A stretch of 64,000 nucleotides of DNA, from positions 468-64,467 of the forward strand of contig CADCJS010000004.1 in assembly GCA_902801825.1 (NCBI GenBank), written 5' to 3'. The stretch is from an uncultured Erysipelotrichaceae bacterium. Its GTDB lineage: Bacteria; Bacillota_I; Bacilli_A; RF39; UBA660. Under the pieces are notes generated by a model. It was not told the DNA's origin, did no database searches, and saw only the letters and a list, made by a program, of their open reading frames with translations. The stretch's first letter is position 1. Every line of letters begins with the position of its first letter. The position numbers and the translations under genes are program-made. Below, piece after piece: positions 49,048-58,795 of the stretch.

Positions 49048-49380
49048 ATGAAGAAAAATGATATTATTAAAGTAAAAATAACTTCTATAAAGCCATATGG
49101 AGCTTTTGTAAAATATAAAAAGTTTACTGGTCTAATTCATATTTCTATGATAAACGGTAAATATATTAGTGATATAGAGGAGTATTTAAAAGTTGGTGAG
49201 GAAATAGATGCAGAAATCTTAGAAATTGATAAGGAAAATATGCATTTATATCTTAGTTTAATAAACACTAACCAAAATTTAAAAAGAAATGTTAAGTTAA
49301 AAGAAACTGATAAAGGCTTTCAAACACTTAAAAAAATGCTTCCTATATGGATAAAAGAGGTTAAATTTAATAAAAATTAA
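49048..49380 (+). CDS. S1 RNA-binding domain protein
   Basis: GDIIKVKITSIKPYGAFV ... GLIHIS pattern. Confidence 0.75.
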   Translation: MKKNDIIKVKITSIKPYGAFVKYKKFTGLIHISMINGKYISDIEEYLKVGEEIDAEILEIDKENMHLYLSLINTNQNLKRNVKLKETDKGFQTLKKMLPIWIKEVKFNKN

Positions 49381-49447
49381 AAAAATTTTTAAATAAGATT
49401 GACAAAAGTAAATATCAATGATATATTTGATAATGTCAATATTTTAT

Positions 49448-49524
49448 GGATTCTTAGCTCAGTTGGTTAGAGCATCTGCCTTACAAGCAGGAGGTCGTAG
49501 GTTCGAGTCCCACAGAGTCCACCA
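49448..49524 (+). tRNA. tRNA-Val: tRNA-Val (anticodon TAC)
   Basis: Anticodon loop CTTACAA, T-loop TTCGAGT, CCA end. Confidence 0.9.
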
Positions 49525-49525
49525 T

Positions 49526-49601
<76 letters not shown>

Positions 49602-49606
49602 TTTAT

Positions 49607-49690
49607 GGGAAGGTAGCGAAGTGGTTAAACGCGGCAGACTGTAAATCTGCTCCTTCGGGTTCATTGGTTCGAATCCAATCCTTCCCACCA
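49607..49690 (+). tRNA. tRNA-Tyr: tRNA-Tyr (anticodon GTA), long variable arm
   Basis: Anticodon loop CTGTAAA, variable arm CTCCTTCGGG, CCA end. Confidence 0.9.
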
Positions 49691-49696
49691 GTTGTT

Positions 49697-49771
49697 TGCC
49701 TTGTAGCCAAGTGGTAAGGCATCAGACTTTGACTCTGACATGCGCTAGTTCGAATCTAGCCAAGGCAGCCA
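49697..49771 (+). tRNA. tRNA-Gln: tRNA-Gln (anticodon TTG)
   Basis: Acceptor TGCCTTG / CAAGGCA, anticodon loop CTTTGAC. Confidence 0.9.
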
Positions 49772-49786
49772 ATTTTTGTATTATAT

Positions 49787-49862
49787 GTCTCGTTAGCTCA
49801 GCTGGTAGAGCACTTGACTTTTAATCAAGGGGTCATGCGTTCGAATCGCATACGAGACACCA
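49787..49862 (+). tRNA. tRNA-Lys: tRNA-Lys (anticodon TTT)
   Basis: Acceptor GTCTCGT / ACGAGAC, anticodon loop CTTTTAA. Confidence 0.9.
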
Positions 49863-49874
49863 TCTATAAAATTT

Positions 49875-49899
49875 AATCTAACATTTGTTAGATTTTTTT
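49875..49899 (+). terminator. Intrinsic terminator after the tRNA cluster
   Basis: AATCTAAC / GTTAGATT stem followed by a T-run. Confidence 0.7.
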
Positions 49900-49964
49900 A
49901 TTTTATACATTCATTGACTTTTACTATTATTAATTATAAAATTGAGAATAAGAGAGGTATAGGT

Positions 49965-50996
49965 ATGACTAAAGGAGATAATTATACAAAAGAAATAATA
50001 AAAAAAATATTAGAAGAAGGAACTTATGATGAGAATCCTAGACCACATTATAATGATGGGTCTAAAGCATATACAATATCTTATAATCATGGAATGACAA
50101 CTTATGATTTAACAAAAAATGAAACACCATTAATTACTTTAAGACCAATTGCAGTTAAATCATCTATTGGAGAATTATTGTGGATCTATAGAGATGCAGA
50201 TAATAATATATATAATTTAGAAAAGAAATATGGAGTTCGTTGGTGGAGAGAATGGTGTATTAATCCTATGCATTATTCTAATAATGGAGATTTATTGATG
50301 GGTAAGAATCCAAATGATTATTTTTATTATGACGCTGAAGGAAATATTTGTGAGATTGGTGAAAAATCAAAAAATGTTGATAAAAAAACAGATATAGATA
50401 AAAATGGAAATATAATAGATCCTAAGTTAGGAAATGTATTAACAAAAGATGCTAATTTAGGATATTGTTATGGTGGAACTATAAAAGAACATAACTTATT
50501 TGAAAAATGTAAAAAAGGAATTAAAAATGATCCTTTTGGCAGAAGACATATTATTAATATGTGGCAAGATGAAGATTTTAGTAAGAAACATGGATTAAAA
50601 CCTTGTGCATTTTTAACACAATGGAATGTTAGAAAAGTAAATGGTGAGTATTATTTAGATATGTGTTTAACACAAAGATCTAATGATTTTATGGCTGCAG
50701 GTTGTATTAATCAAACACAATATATGGTATTTTTATATATGATGGCTAGAGAATTAGATTTGAAACCCGGAAGATTTACTTGGTTTTATAACAATATTCA
50801 AATATATGATAGACATTTAGAGGCAGCAAAAGAATTATTAAATAGAGAACCAATTGAGTGTAATCCTAAAGTCCAAATTGATGAAAATGTTAAAAAAATG
50901 GATGATATGAATACTGATAATGTAAAAATTACTGATTATCCTATTGATGAGATTAAAAAGAAAAATAAACAATTAAAATTAGAAATTGCTATATAA
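49965..50996 (+). CDS. thyA: Thymidylate synthase (ThyA, Bacillus ThyA-like branch) with a large internal insertion
   Basis: GRRHIINMWQ, LKPCAFLTQWNV (catalytic Cys) and QRSNDFMAAGCINQTQY. ATG at 49965 behind a GAGAGG RBS. Confidence 0.8.
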   Translation: MTKGDNYTKEIIKKILEEGTYDENPRPHYNDGSKAYTISYNHGMTTYDLTKNETPLITLRPIAVKSSIGELLWIYRDADNNIYNLEKKYGVRWWREWCINPMHYSNNGDLLMGKNPNDYFYYDAEGNICEIGEKSKNVDKKTDIDKNGNIIDPKLGNVLTKDANLGYCYGGTIKEHNLFEKCKKGIKNDPFGRRHIINMWQDEDFSKKHGLKPCAFLTQWNVRKVNGEYYLDMCLTQRSNDFMAAGCINQTQYMVFLYMMARELDLKPGRFTWFYNNIQIYDRHLEAAKELLNREPIECNPKVQIDENVKKMDDMNTDNVKITDYPIDEIKKKNKQLKLEIAI

Positions 50997-51143
50997 CAAA
51001 ATAGATTTAATTCTCGTATTTTTTATAAAATATAATGTATTTTTTTGTTTTTTTTGAATACAATAGTAAAAAGTACTTGCAAAAACAAAAAAAATATATT
51101 ATACTTAAGGAGTCCAGTGCTTATGGATATAAATATGGTGCAT

Positions 51144-51232
51144 GCTTTAGTGGCGGAATTGGTAGACGCACAGGACTTAAAATCCTGCGAGAATCAAATC
51201 TCGTGCCGGTTCAAGTCCGGCCTGAAGCACCA
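51144..51232 (+). tRNA. tRNA-Leu: tRNA-Leu (anticodon TAA)
   Basis: Anticodon loop CTTAAAA, long variable arm, CCA end. Confidence 0.9.
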
Positions 51233-51241
51233 TTTTTATTT

Positions 51242-51334
51242 GGAGAAGTACCCAAGTCTGGCTGAAGGGACCGGTCTTGAAAACCGGGAGGTCGAGCAAT
51301 CGGCGCGGGGGTTCAAATCCCTCCTTCTCCGCCA
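51242..51334 (+). tRNA. tRNA-Ser: tRNA-Ser (anticodon TGA)
   Basis: Anticodon loop CTTGAAA, long variable arm, CCA end. Confidence 0.9.
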
Positions 51335-51354
51335 TCTAAAAATATATTATATAT

Positions 51355-51431
<77 letters not shown>

Positions 51432-51510
51432 ATAAGTAAATAAAAAATATCTTTTTAGATATTTTTTTTCATTTTATTTAAAAAAAATCATATTATTAAA
51501 TGGTGATAAT

Positions 51511-52197
51511 ATGAATTTATATTCTCATAGAGGTGAAAAAAGTTTTTTTTCAGAAAACTCATTATTTTCTTTTTTTCTTTCTTATTTCTTAGGTGATGAT
51601 GGCATTGAAGGAGATATTAGAAAAACAAAAGATGATGTATTAATATTATTTCATGATTCTACAATTAAAAGATTAAGTGATTCATTTGGATATATAAATC
51701 AAATTACTTTTGATGAATTAAGTAGAATAAAATTTAAGGATAATTATAAAATAGTTAAATTAGAGGATTTATTATATTATTTAAGTGATAAACAAATAAA
51801 AATTTTATTAGAAATAAAAGAATATGGTTACGAGGAAAAAATTATTGAAACAATAAAAAAATATAATTGTAAAAATTTAATTTTAATTTCGTTTTTAGAA
51901 AAAAGTTTATTAAGAATCAAGAAAATCGATTCTACTATTAAAACCGGATTACTTTTATTTGATTATAATAAATATATTTTACAAAATATAGATGCTTATG
52001 ATTATATTATTTTTAATAAAAATTTTTTTAATGAACGAATATATAAGGATTTAGAAAGCAAATGTAATATTGGCTTGTGGGGTATTAAAAATTATAAAAG
52101 TTTGAAAAAATTCTTAGATTATAAATTTAGTTTTATAATTTGTGATAACACATATAAAATAAAAAAGGAATTAAAGAATAATGAAATTATTCGTTAA
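51511..52197 (+). CDS. Glycerophosphodiester phosphodiesterase family protein
   Basis: SHRGE ... EGDIRKTKDDVLILFHD. Confidence 0.75.
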   Translation: MNLYSHRGEKSFFSENSLFSFFLSYFLGDDGIEGDIRKTKDDVLILFHDSTIKRLSDSFGYINQITFDELSRIKFKDNYKIVKLEDLLYYLSDKQIKILLEIKEYGYEEKIIETIKKYNCKNLILISFLEKSLLRIKKIDSTIKTGLLLFDYNKYILQNIDAYDYIIFNKNFFNERIYKDLESKCNIGLWGIKNYKSLKKFLDYKFSFIICDNTYKIKKELKNNEIIR

Positions 52198-52954
52198 ATC
52201 ATTGATTATAGGATTTGCTTCTATTATGCCGGGGATAAGTGGTTCAGTTATAGCAATTTCGTTTGGAGTATATGAAAAGGTATTAAATATTATAAAAAAC
52301 AGAAGTTATATATCAAATATTAAATATTTATTTATATTAATTCTAGGCATAACTCTAGGTATATTTTTAACTGCAAATATTATATTTAGTTTATTAAAAT
52401 ATAAAATAATTTTATATTATTTATTATTAGGATACTTAATTTATCAAATACCCTTATTTTATAAAAAAATATATAAGGTAAATTATTTAATTATTATTTT
52501 ATCTTTGCTTGTAACACACTTATTTTCTTTAATTTCATCTATAAGATTAGAAATGGTAGTTTTAAAAAAAGATATAGTATATATACTAGGTGGTTTCTTT
52601 TTTTCTATAGGAAAAATTTTTCCTGGGGTAAGCAGTACATTTTTTTTGATGATTTTAGGAATATATGATTCGATTATAAAAATATTTGTAAATCCTATTG
52701 TTTTAATAAAAGAAATATCTATATATAAAAATTTTTTGTTAGGTTTAATTGTTGGTTTTACTGTTTCAATTGCAATTTTTAAGAAAATTAGTAGTTATGA
52801 TATAAATATTTTATATAATATTATTTTAGGAGTTTTGTTAGAAACAATTTTTTGTATGTTTCCTGGTTTTAAACTAGAAATGAAATACATAATTGGATTG
52901 ATTTTAATGATTTTATTTTATTTTTTATTAAAATTAAAAGATATTAAAAAATAA
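52181..52954 (+). CDS. DUF368 family membrane protein (undecaprenyl-phosphate translocase-like family)
   Basis: MPGISGS near the N-terminus and a second FPGVSST repeat. Polytopic. Confidence 0.6.
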   Translation: MKLFVKSLIIGFASIMPGISGSVIAISFGVYEKVLNIIKNRSYISNIKYLFILILGITLGIFLTANIIFSLLKYKIILYYLLLGYLIYQIPLFYKKIYKVNYLIIILSLLVTHLFSLISSIRLEMVVLKKDIVYILGGFFFSIGKIFPGVSSTFFLMILGIYDSIIKIFVNPIVLIKEISIYKNFLLGLIVGFTVSIAIFKKISSYDINILYNIILGVLLETIFCMFPGFKLEMKYIIGLILMILFYFLLKLKDIKK

Positions 52955-53026
52955 ATTTTTAATCTTTTATTATTAAACTATTGACAATTTTAGTAAAAAT
53001 TTAGTATACTAAAGTAGCATTTTGAT

Positions 53027-53102
53027 GGTTCCGTGGTGTAGTGGTTAACACGTCTGCCTGTCACGCAGAAGATCGAGGGTTCAAGTCCCTTCGGAACCGC
53101 CA
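53027..53102 (+). tRNA. tRNA-Asp: tRNA-Asp (anticodon GTC)
   Basis: Anticodon loop CTGTCAC, CCA end. Confidence 0.9.
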
Positions 53103-53112
53103 TTTTTTTATT

Positions 53113-53188
53113 GGCTCTGTAGCTCAGTCGGTAGAGCACAGGACTGAAAATCCTGGTGTCGGCAGTTCGATCCTGCCCGGAGCCACCA
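53113..53188 (+). tRNA. tRNA-Phe: tRNA-Phe (anticodon GAA)
   Basis: Anticodon loop CTGAAAA, CCA end. Confidence 0.9.
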
Positions 53189-53229
53189 TTTTTGAAAATA
53201 ATTAAAGTAATAAAGTGCGTTTTATATAT

Positions 53230-53306
<77 letters not shown>

Positions 53307-53309
53307 TTA

Positions 53310-53386
53310 CGGGAAGTAGCACAACTTGGCAGTGCGCTTGGTTTGGGACCAAGAGGTTGCAGGTTCAAATCCTGTCTTCCCGACCA
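53310..53386 (+). tRNA. tRNA-Pro: tRNA-Pro (anticodon TGG)
   Basis: Acceptor CGGGAAG / CTTCCCG, anticodon loop TTTGGGA, CCA end. Confidence 0.9.
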
Positions 53387-53457
53387 GTTTTGATTTTAAA
53401 CAACTGTAATAGGTTGTTTTTTTTATTCTTTTGCAACCTCTTGGCACAAACTATAAA

Positions 53458-54195
53458 TTAAATAATTATTTCATCAAATAATAAACCAATATCTTCTACT
53501 TTAATCATAAAATTAGTCCCTCTATCATGTGTTTTTCCTTTTCTTTTTCCTTCTTTATAAACACCTATGTTAAAATTTACTGATATAAATCCTTTTTTTA
53601 TTAAATCTATAAATACATCAAAACTTTTTAATTTATAAAATTTGATATTATAATAATAAAAATACTCTTCATCATTAATAAATTTATTTTCTGCTTTTAT
53701 AATGGCTAAATATTTAAGTTTTATTTCTAATTTTTTTCTTATTAATTTATTTGTCCATGAAATCTCCAAATTTAAATCTCCAAATTTTATATCGTATCCA
53801 TTAAAATATATTTTTTCGTCATTTACAAAAATTTTGGCTAATTTATAATATCCAATTTTTTTATAATTATTCCCATAAAAACTCATCATAAAAATTTTGT
53901 TTTTAGGATTTGTTTTATCTGGATAACCCACTTTTTTTATAATTCTATCTATTGGAAATAAAAAATCACCATCTGGAGTGGCAGTAAAAAGGTGTAATTG
54001 TTGTCTGCTATTTCTTCGAATAGTTTTAATTTCGATTCCATTATAATCAGGAATAGAAAAATTATCTTCGTTTTTATTTAACAAATTTTCGAAAGTGTAT
54101 CCTATTCCAGTAGAACCTTTCCTTTTTGTTTTAATATAACCTTTATTTTTTATTTTTAAGAATTGTTCATTTAATTCAATTATGTTTTTATCCAT
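53458..54195 (-). CDS. MvaI/BcnI-family restriction endonuclease-like protein (PD-(D/E)xK), with no adjacent methyltransferase
   Basis: GSTGIGYTFENLL, SIPDYNGIEIKT (D ... ExK) and a C-terminal HDRGTNFMIK. This resembles the MvaI/BcnI family as I recall it. Confidence 0.6.
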   Translation of the reverse strand: MDKNIIELNEQFLKIKNKGYIKTKRKGSTGIGYTFENLLNKNEDNFSIPDYNGIEIKTIRRNSRQQLHLFTATPDGDFLFPIDRIIKKVGYPDKTNPKNKIFMMSFYGNNYKKIGYYKLAKIFVNDEKIYFNGYDIKFGDLNLEISWTNKLIRKKLEIKLKYLAIIKAENKFINDEEYFYYYNIKFYKLKSFDVFIDLIKKGFISVNFNIGVYKEGKRKGKTHDRGTNFMIKVEDIGLLFDEIII

Positions 54196-54265
54196 CTTTA
54201 AAATCCTTTTTATTTTATCTTATATATTTTTTTCTCTTAAAACTTATATTATTCCATTAAAAAAA

Positions 54266-54895
54266 TCATTTATATAATAAAATGATTTTTTTTGATTTTA
54301 CTTCTATAAAACCTTCTTCTTTTAAATATTTGATTTCTCTACTTAATGCTGATCTGTCTACACCTAAATAATCTGCTAAAGCCATAAAACTATATGGTAA
54401 ATATATTACATTTGAACCACTATTTGATGAAGTGTTAAAATACTCTAATAATCTATTTCTTATTGTTTTTTTAGTTAAAATTTTAATTCTTTTATTCTTT
54501 TCTTTCATTTTATTATTAAGTATTAATAATAAATTCTTTATAAAAGTATTATAGTATTGTTTTTTATTATCGTTAAAATTATATAGTTCATTTAAATCAA
54601 TAAAGATAATTTTAGATTTTTCTTTACAAATTATTTCATACTCTAAATCATCAGAATAATTATCATATAAATCAAAGATGTCATTTTCCATAAAATCTTC
54701 TATTAAAACACTATTTCCGTTAGAATTATTTCTAATTACTTGTATATATCCACTTATTAGAATTCCTATAGAATTTTTATAGATATAGTCACTTGTTATT
54801 TTATCATTTTTATCAAAAATTATTGTATCAGAATATAATAATTTTAATAACTTTTTCTTGTTTTTTTCATTAATATTTTTAAAAGGATCTAGCAT
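54266..54895 (-). CDS. Crp/Fnr family transcriptional regulator
   Basis: Effector-domain-like N-terminus and a C-terminal HTH (LADYLGVDRSALSREIKYLKEEG). Start at the second ATG, behind a GGAGGA RBS. Confidence 0.75.
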   Translation of the reverse strand: MLDPFKNINEKNKKKLLKLLYSDTIIFDKNDKITSDYIYKNSIGILISGYIQVIRNNSNGNSVLIEDFMENDIFDLYDNYSDDLEYEIICKEKSKIIFIDLNELYNFNDNKKQYYNTFIKNLLLILNNKMKEKNKRIKILTKKTIRNRLLEYFNTSSNSGSNVIYLPYSFMALADYLGVDRSALSREIKYLKEEGFIEVKSKKIILLYK

Positions 54896-54936
54896 AATTT
54901 CCTCCATTTTTTAAAATTTTATCATTTTTTCAAAAA

Positions 54937-54952
54937 TGTTGCAACTGCAACA
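54937..54952. promoter_or_regulatory. Perfect palindrome TGTTGCA-AC-TGCAACA between the Crp/Fnr gene and nrdD (candidate operator)
   Basis: 7-bp inverted arms. Lies 53 nt upstream of the nrdD ATG. Confidence 0.4.
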
Positions 54953-55004
54953 AAATATTTTTATAAAAATGTGATAAACTTTTCTTGTAACATAGGAGGA
55001 AGTA

Positions 55005-57200
55005 ATGAAAATAATTAAAAGAGATGGGCACATCGTTGATTATTGTCCAGAAAAAATTGAAACTGCTATCAAAAAAGCAAACTTAGAAGTTGAAGAAAAT
55101 GATAGAGTAAGTGAAACACAAATAAAAAATATTATTAAATATATAGAAGATTTACATAAAAAAAGAATGCTAGTTGAAGACATTCAAGATATAATAGAAA
55201 TGAGATTAATGCATCTTGGAAAATATCAACTTGCTAAACAATATATAACATATAGATATACTAGGGAATTAGTTAGAAGAAGTAATACAACAGATTTATC
55301 TATTAAAGAATTAATAAATGGAGAAAGTGAATACTGGAATACAGAGAATTCTAATAAAAATGCTACAGTAGTAACTACTCAGAGAGATTATTTGGCTGGT
55401 ATTACAAGTACAGATATTACTAGAAGATTCTTATTACCTGAAGATATAGTAAAAGCTCATGATGAAGGTATTATTCATTTCCATGATGCAGATTATTTTG
55501 CACAAAATGCTTTACATAATTGTGAATTAATTAACTTAGATGATATGCTTCAAAATGGAACAATTATAAATGAAGTTATGATCGAAAAACCTCATAGATT
55601 TTTAACTGCTGCAACTATTGCTACTCAAATTATACTTGCTGTATCATCATCTAGTTATGGTGGAGCTACAATATCTTTAACACATTTAGCACCTTTTGTT
55701 AGATCTAGTTATGAAAAATATTTAGAAAAATACAAAAAAGCTAAATTAAGTAAAGAAATGTGTGAAAAACTTGCAAAAGAAGATACTAAAAAAGAAATAG
55801 AAGCAGGTGTACAAACATTTAATTATCAAGTTAATTCAATGACTAATACTAATGGACAAGCACCATTTTTATCAGTAGCAATGTACTTAGGTGAAACTGA
55901 AGAATATAAAGAAGAATTAGCAATGGTTATTGAAGAATTCTTAAAACAAAGAATAACTGGTTTTAAAAATGAAAAAGGAGTATATATAACTCCAGCATTC
56001 CCTAAATTACTATATGTTTTGGAAGAAGATAATATTAATCCAAAAGGAAAATATTATTATTTAACTAAATTAGCAGCTAAATGTACTGCAAAAAGAATGG
56101 TTCCAGATTATATTTCTGAAAAAATTATGAAAGAATATAAGAAAAATGAAATGGGTGAAGGAGAATGTTATCCTTGTATGGGATGTAGAAGTTTCTTAAC
56201 ACCTGATAGATCTATGTCATTAGGAAATATATCAAAAGCTAAGAATTATGTAAAAGGTAAAGGAAAATACTATGGTAGATTTAACCAAGGTGTTGTAACT
56301 ATTAATTTACCAGATATAGCATTAACTTCTGGAAAAGATATGGATATATTTTGGAAAGTATTTGAAGAAAGATTAGATTTATGTCATAGAGCATTACAAA
56401 TTAGACATAAAAGATTATCAAAAGTTACTTCAGATGTAGCACCAATTTTATGGCAACATGGTGCACTAGCAAGACTAGATAAAGGTGAAAGTATTCATGA
56501 ATTACTTCATCATGGTTATTCAACAATTTCATTAGGATATGCAGGTTTATATGAATGTGTTAAATATATGACAGGTCATTCACATACTGATAATGGAAAA
56601 GGTAAAGATTTCGCATTAAAAGTTATGCAAAAATTAAATGATGCATGTGCTGAATGGAAAGCAAATGAAGATATAGATTATTCAGTTTATGGTACTCCTA
56701 TTGAAAGTACAACTTATAAATTTGCTAAATGTTTAAGAGAAAGATTTGGAAAAATAAAAGGTATTACAGATAGAGATTATATAACTAATTCTTATCATGT
56801 GCCTGTATTTGAAGAAATAGATGCGTTTACTAAATTAAGATTAGAAAGCGAATTCCAAAAATTATCTCCAGGTGGAGCTATTAGTTATATAGAAACTCCA
56901 AATCTAGAAAATAATATTGAAACAGTTATGGAAGTAATCAACTTTATTTATAATAATATAATGTATGCTGAATTAAATACAAAATCAGATTATTGTCAAG
57001 AATGCGGTTATACTGGAGAAATTTTAATAGATGATGATATGGAATGGTATTGTCCTAATTGTGGAAATAGAAATCATGATAAATTAAATGTAGCAAGAAG
57101 AACTTGCGGATATATAGGTACAAATTTCTGGAATAAAGGAAGAACTCAAGAAATCAAAGAAAGAGTTATTCACATCGATAACAAGGAAGACGAAGAGTGA
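55005..57200 (+). CDS. nrdD: Anaerobic ribonucleoside-triphosphate reductase
   Basis: N-terminal ATP-cone, C-terminal CQECG ... CPNCG zinc site and glycyl-radical motif RRTCGYIG. Confidence 0.95.
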   Translation: MKIIKRDGHIVDYCPEKIETAIKKANLEVEENDRVSETQIKNIIKYIEDLHKKRMLVEDIQDIIEMRLMHLGKYQLAKQYITYRYTRELVRRSNTTDLSIKELINGESEYWNTENSNKNATVVTTQRDYLAGITSTDITRRFLLPEDIVKAHDEGIIHFHDADYFAQNALHNCELINLDDMLQNGTIINEVMIEKPHRFLTAATIATQIILAVSSSSYGGATISLTHLAPFVRSSYEKYLEKYKKAKLSKEMCEKLAKEDTKKEIEAGVQTFNYQVNSMTNTNGQAPFLSVAMYLGETEEYKEELAMVIEEFLKQRITGFKNEKGVYITPAFPKLLYVLEEDNINPKGKYYYLTKLAAKCTAKRMVPDYISEKIMKEYKKNEMGEGECYPCMGCRSFLTPDRSMSLGNISKAKNYVKGKGKYYGRFNQGVVTINLPDIALTSGKDMDIFWKVFEERLDLCHRALQIRHKRLSKVTSDVAPILWQHGALARLDKGESIHELLHHGYSTISLGYAGLYECVKYMTGHSHTDNGKGKDFALKVMQKLNDACAEWKANEDIDYSVYGTPIESTTYKFAKCLRERFGKIKGITDRDYITNSYHVPVFEEIDAFTKLRLESEFQKLSPGGAISYIETPNLENNIETVMEVINFIYNNIMYAELNTKSDYCQECGYTGEILIDDDMEWYCPNCGNRNHDKLNVARRTCGYIGTNFWNKGRTQEIKERVIHIDNKEDEE

Positions 57201-57694
57201 GATATAACAAAATAAGAAAAATGGATATATCAAATGGCCCTGGTGTAAGAATATCAATTTTTATGCAAGGATGCCATTTCCATTGTAAAGATTGTTTCAA
57301 TAGTGAAACATGGGACTTTGAAGGTGGAAAAGAATTTACTGATGAAACTATAAATAGAGTATTAGAATTATGTGATAAAGAATACATTAAAGGTTTATCA
57401 ATTTTAGGAGGAGAACCACTTCATCCTAAAAATATAGAAGGTACTACTAGATTAGCTAAAAAGTTTAAAGAAAAATTTGATGATAAAACTATTTGGGTTT
57501 GGTCAGGATTCTTATTTGAGACTGTTAATAAAGATACTTTAAAATATATTGATGTTTTAGTAGATGGACAATTTAAAACAGAATTATTTAATCCAACATT
57601 AAAATATAAGGGTTCTTCTAATCAAAGAGTTATAGATGTACAAAAATCATTAAAAAATAATAGTATATGTCTATATAATGAAGAAAAATTTTAA
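57197..57694 (+). CDS. nrdG: Anaerobic ribonucleotide reductase activating protein (radical SAM)
   Basis: GPGVRISIFMQGCHFHCKDCFN. 4-nt overlap with nrdD. Confidence 0.9.
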   Translation: MRYNKIRKMDISNGPGVRISIFMQGCHFHCKDCFNSETWDFEGGKEFTDETINRVLELCDKEYIKGLSILGGEPLHPKNIEGTTRLAKKFKEKFDDKTIWVWSGFLFETVNKDTLKYIDVLVDGQFKTELFNPTLKYKGSSNQRVIDVQKSLKNNSICLYNEEKF

Positions 57695-57708
57695 AAGATA
57701 GCTTGAAG

Positions 57709-57915
57709 CTATCTTTTTTCTATTTTTATAGGAGAAATACATATAATTTCATAACCATATTCTGCAAGCAAACTAGAAATTTCGTTTAAAATAATAAATT
57801 TTTTTGATTCATCTTTTATATACTGATCTACAAGTTCAAATAAAGACATTTTAAATTTATTATTTATTAATAAATTCACTATATTATTAGATTCATCATA
57901 ATAAGTACTTTTCAT
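57709..57915 (-). CDS. Hypothetical small protein (68 aa)
   Basis: ORF only. Confidence 0.35.
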   Translation of the reverse strand: MKSTYYDESNNIVNLLINNKFKMSLFELVDQYIKDESKKFIILNEISSLLAEYGYEIICISPIKIEKR

Positions 57916-58011
57916 AATATCACCAAAAATATTATATTATATTTTATCGTTTTTGACTAGGTGTAAATTACAAATATTTTTAAGTATACTTATCTTAATG
58001 GTGGTGATAAT

Positions 58012-58284
58012 TTGTCTAAAGTTAGAAATTACATTTTACAAGAATGTTTTAGTATAAACTTAAAATGGTTTAGATTTCAAAAAAAGTTTACACAAGAAAA
58101 ATTAGCTGAATTATCTAATTCAACTCCAAAATATATCAGTGATTTAGAAAGAGGTAAGTTTTCACCAAGTCTATCAAAAATACAAGATATAGCTAATGCT
58201 TTAGAAATAGAACCATATATATTATTAAAACCAGATCATTATAATAGTAAAATAAAAAGTAAAAGAGTAGATGCTAAAAAATAG
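58012..58284 (+). CDS. XRE-family helix-turn-helix protein
   Basis: FTQEKLAELSNSTPKYISDLERGK. Confidence 0.75.
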   Translation: MSKVRNYILQECFSINLKWFRFQKKFTQEKLAELSNSTPKYISDLERGKFSPSLSKIQDIANALEIEPYILLKPDHYNSKIKSKRVDAKK

Positions 58285-58338
58285 CATTGTATTCTTTTTT
58301 TTTATTTGTTATAATTTTGTATGTAAGGAGAAAACATT

Positions 58339-58602
58339 ATGAATGAGAATAATCAAAACCCATTAGTTGTAGAAATGACAGATGAAAATGGAAAGAAAGT
58401 AAAAGTAGAAATAGTAAGACTTTTTAAAGATAATAATAAGGATTATGTTGTTGCTAATGATTTAAGTAATGATTCTGATGCATATATTTTTGAGGTTAAA
58501 ACTACAGAAAAAGGAGATGAATTAGTTAGTATAGATTCATTATCTGAATTTAATAGATTATGTTCTGTTGTAGAAGAAATAGAAAAACAAGAAGAAATGT
58601 AA
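58339..58602 (+). CDS. DUF1292 family protein
   Basis: DENGKKVKVEIVRLF ... YVV pattern, acidic, 87 aa. Confidence 0.6.
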   Translation: MNENNQNPLVVEMTDENGKKVKVEIVRLFKDNNKDYVVANDLSNDSDAYIFEVKTTEKGDELVSIDSLSEFNRLCSVVEEIEKQEEM

Positions 58603-58686
58603 TAAATTAAATTATTATTTAGTATTGACTTTTAAAAAAATATTATGTTATAATTTATTTGCAAATTTAAATTGCAAATATTTTTT

Positions 58687-58762
58687 GGGCCCTTAGCTCA
58701 GCTGGTAGAGCATCTCGCTTGCACCGAGAAGGTCAGGAGTTCGAACCCCCTAGGGTCCACCA
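58687..58762 (+). tRNA. tRNA-Ala: tRNA-Ala (anticodon TGC)
   Basis: G3-U70 wobble in the acceptor stem (GGGCCCT / AGGGTCC), anticodon loop CTTGCAC, CCA end. Confidence 0.9.
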
Positions 58763-58795
58763 ATAAGATAAATAAGAACGAAAGTTCTTTTTTTT

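Noticed and set aside
58657-58679. Two ATTTGCAAAT / AATTGCAAAT palindromic decamers between the tRNA-Ala promoter and the tRNA
   Set aside because: They are AT-rich short palindromes in an AT-rich genome, with no second locus to compare. I could not separate them from chance.
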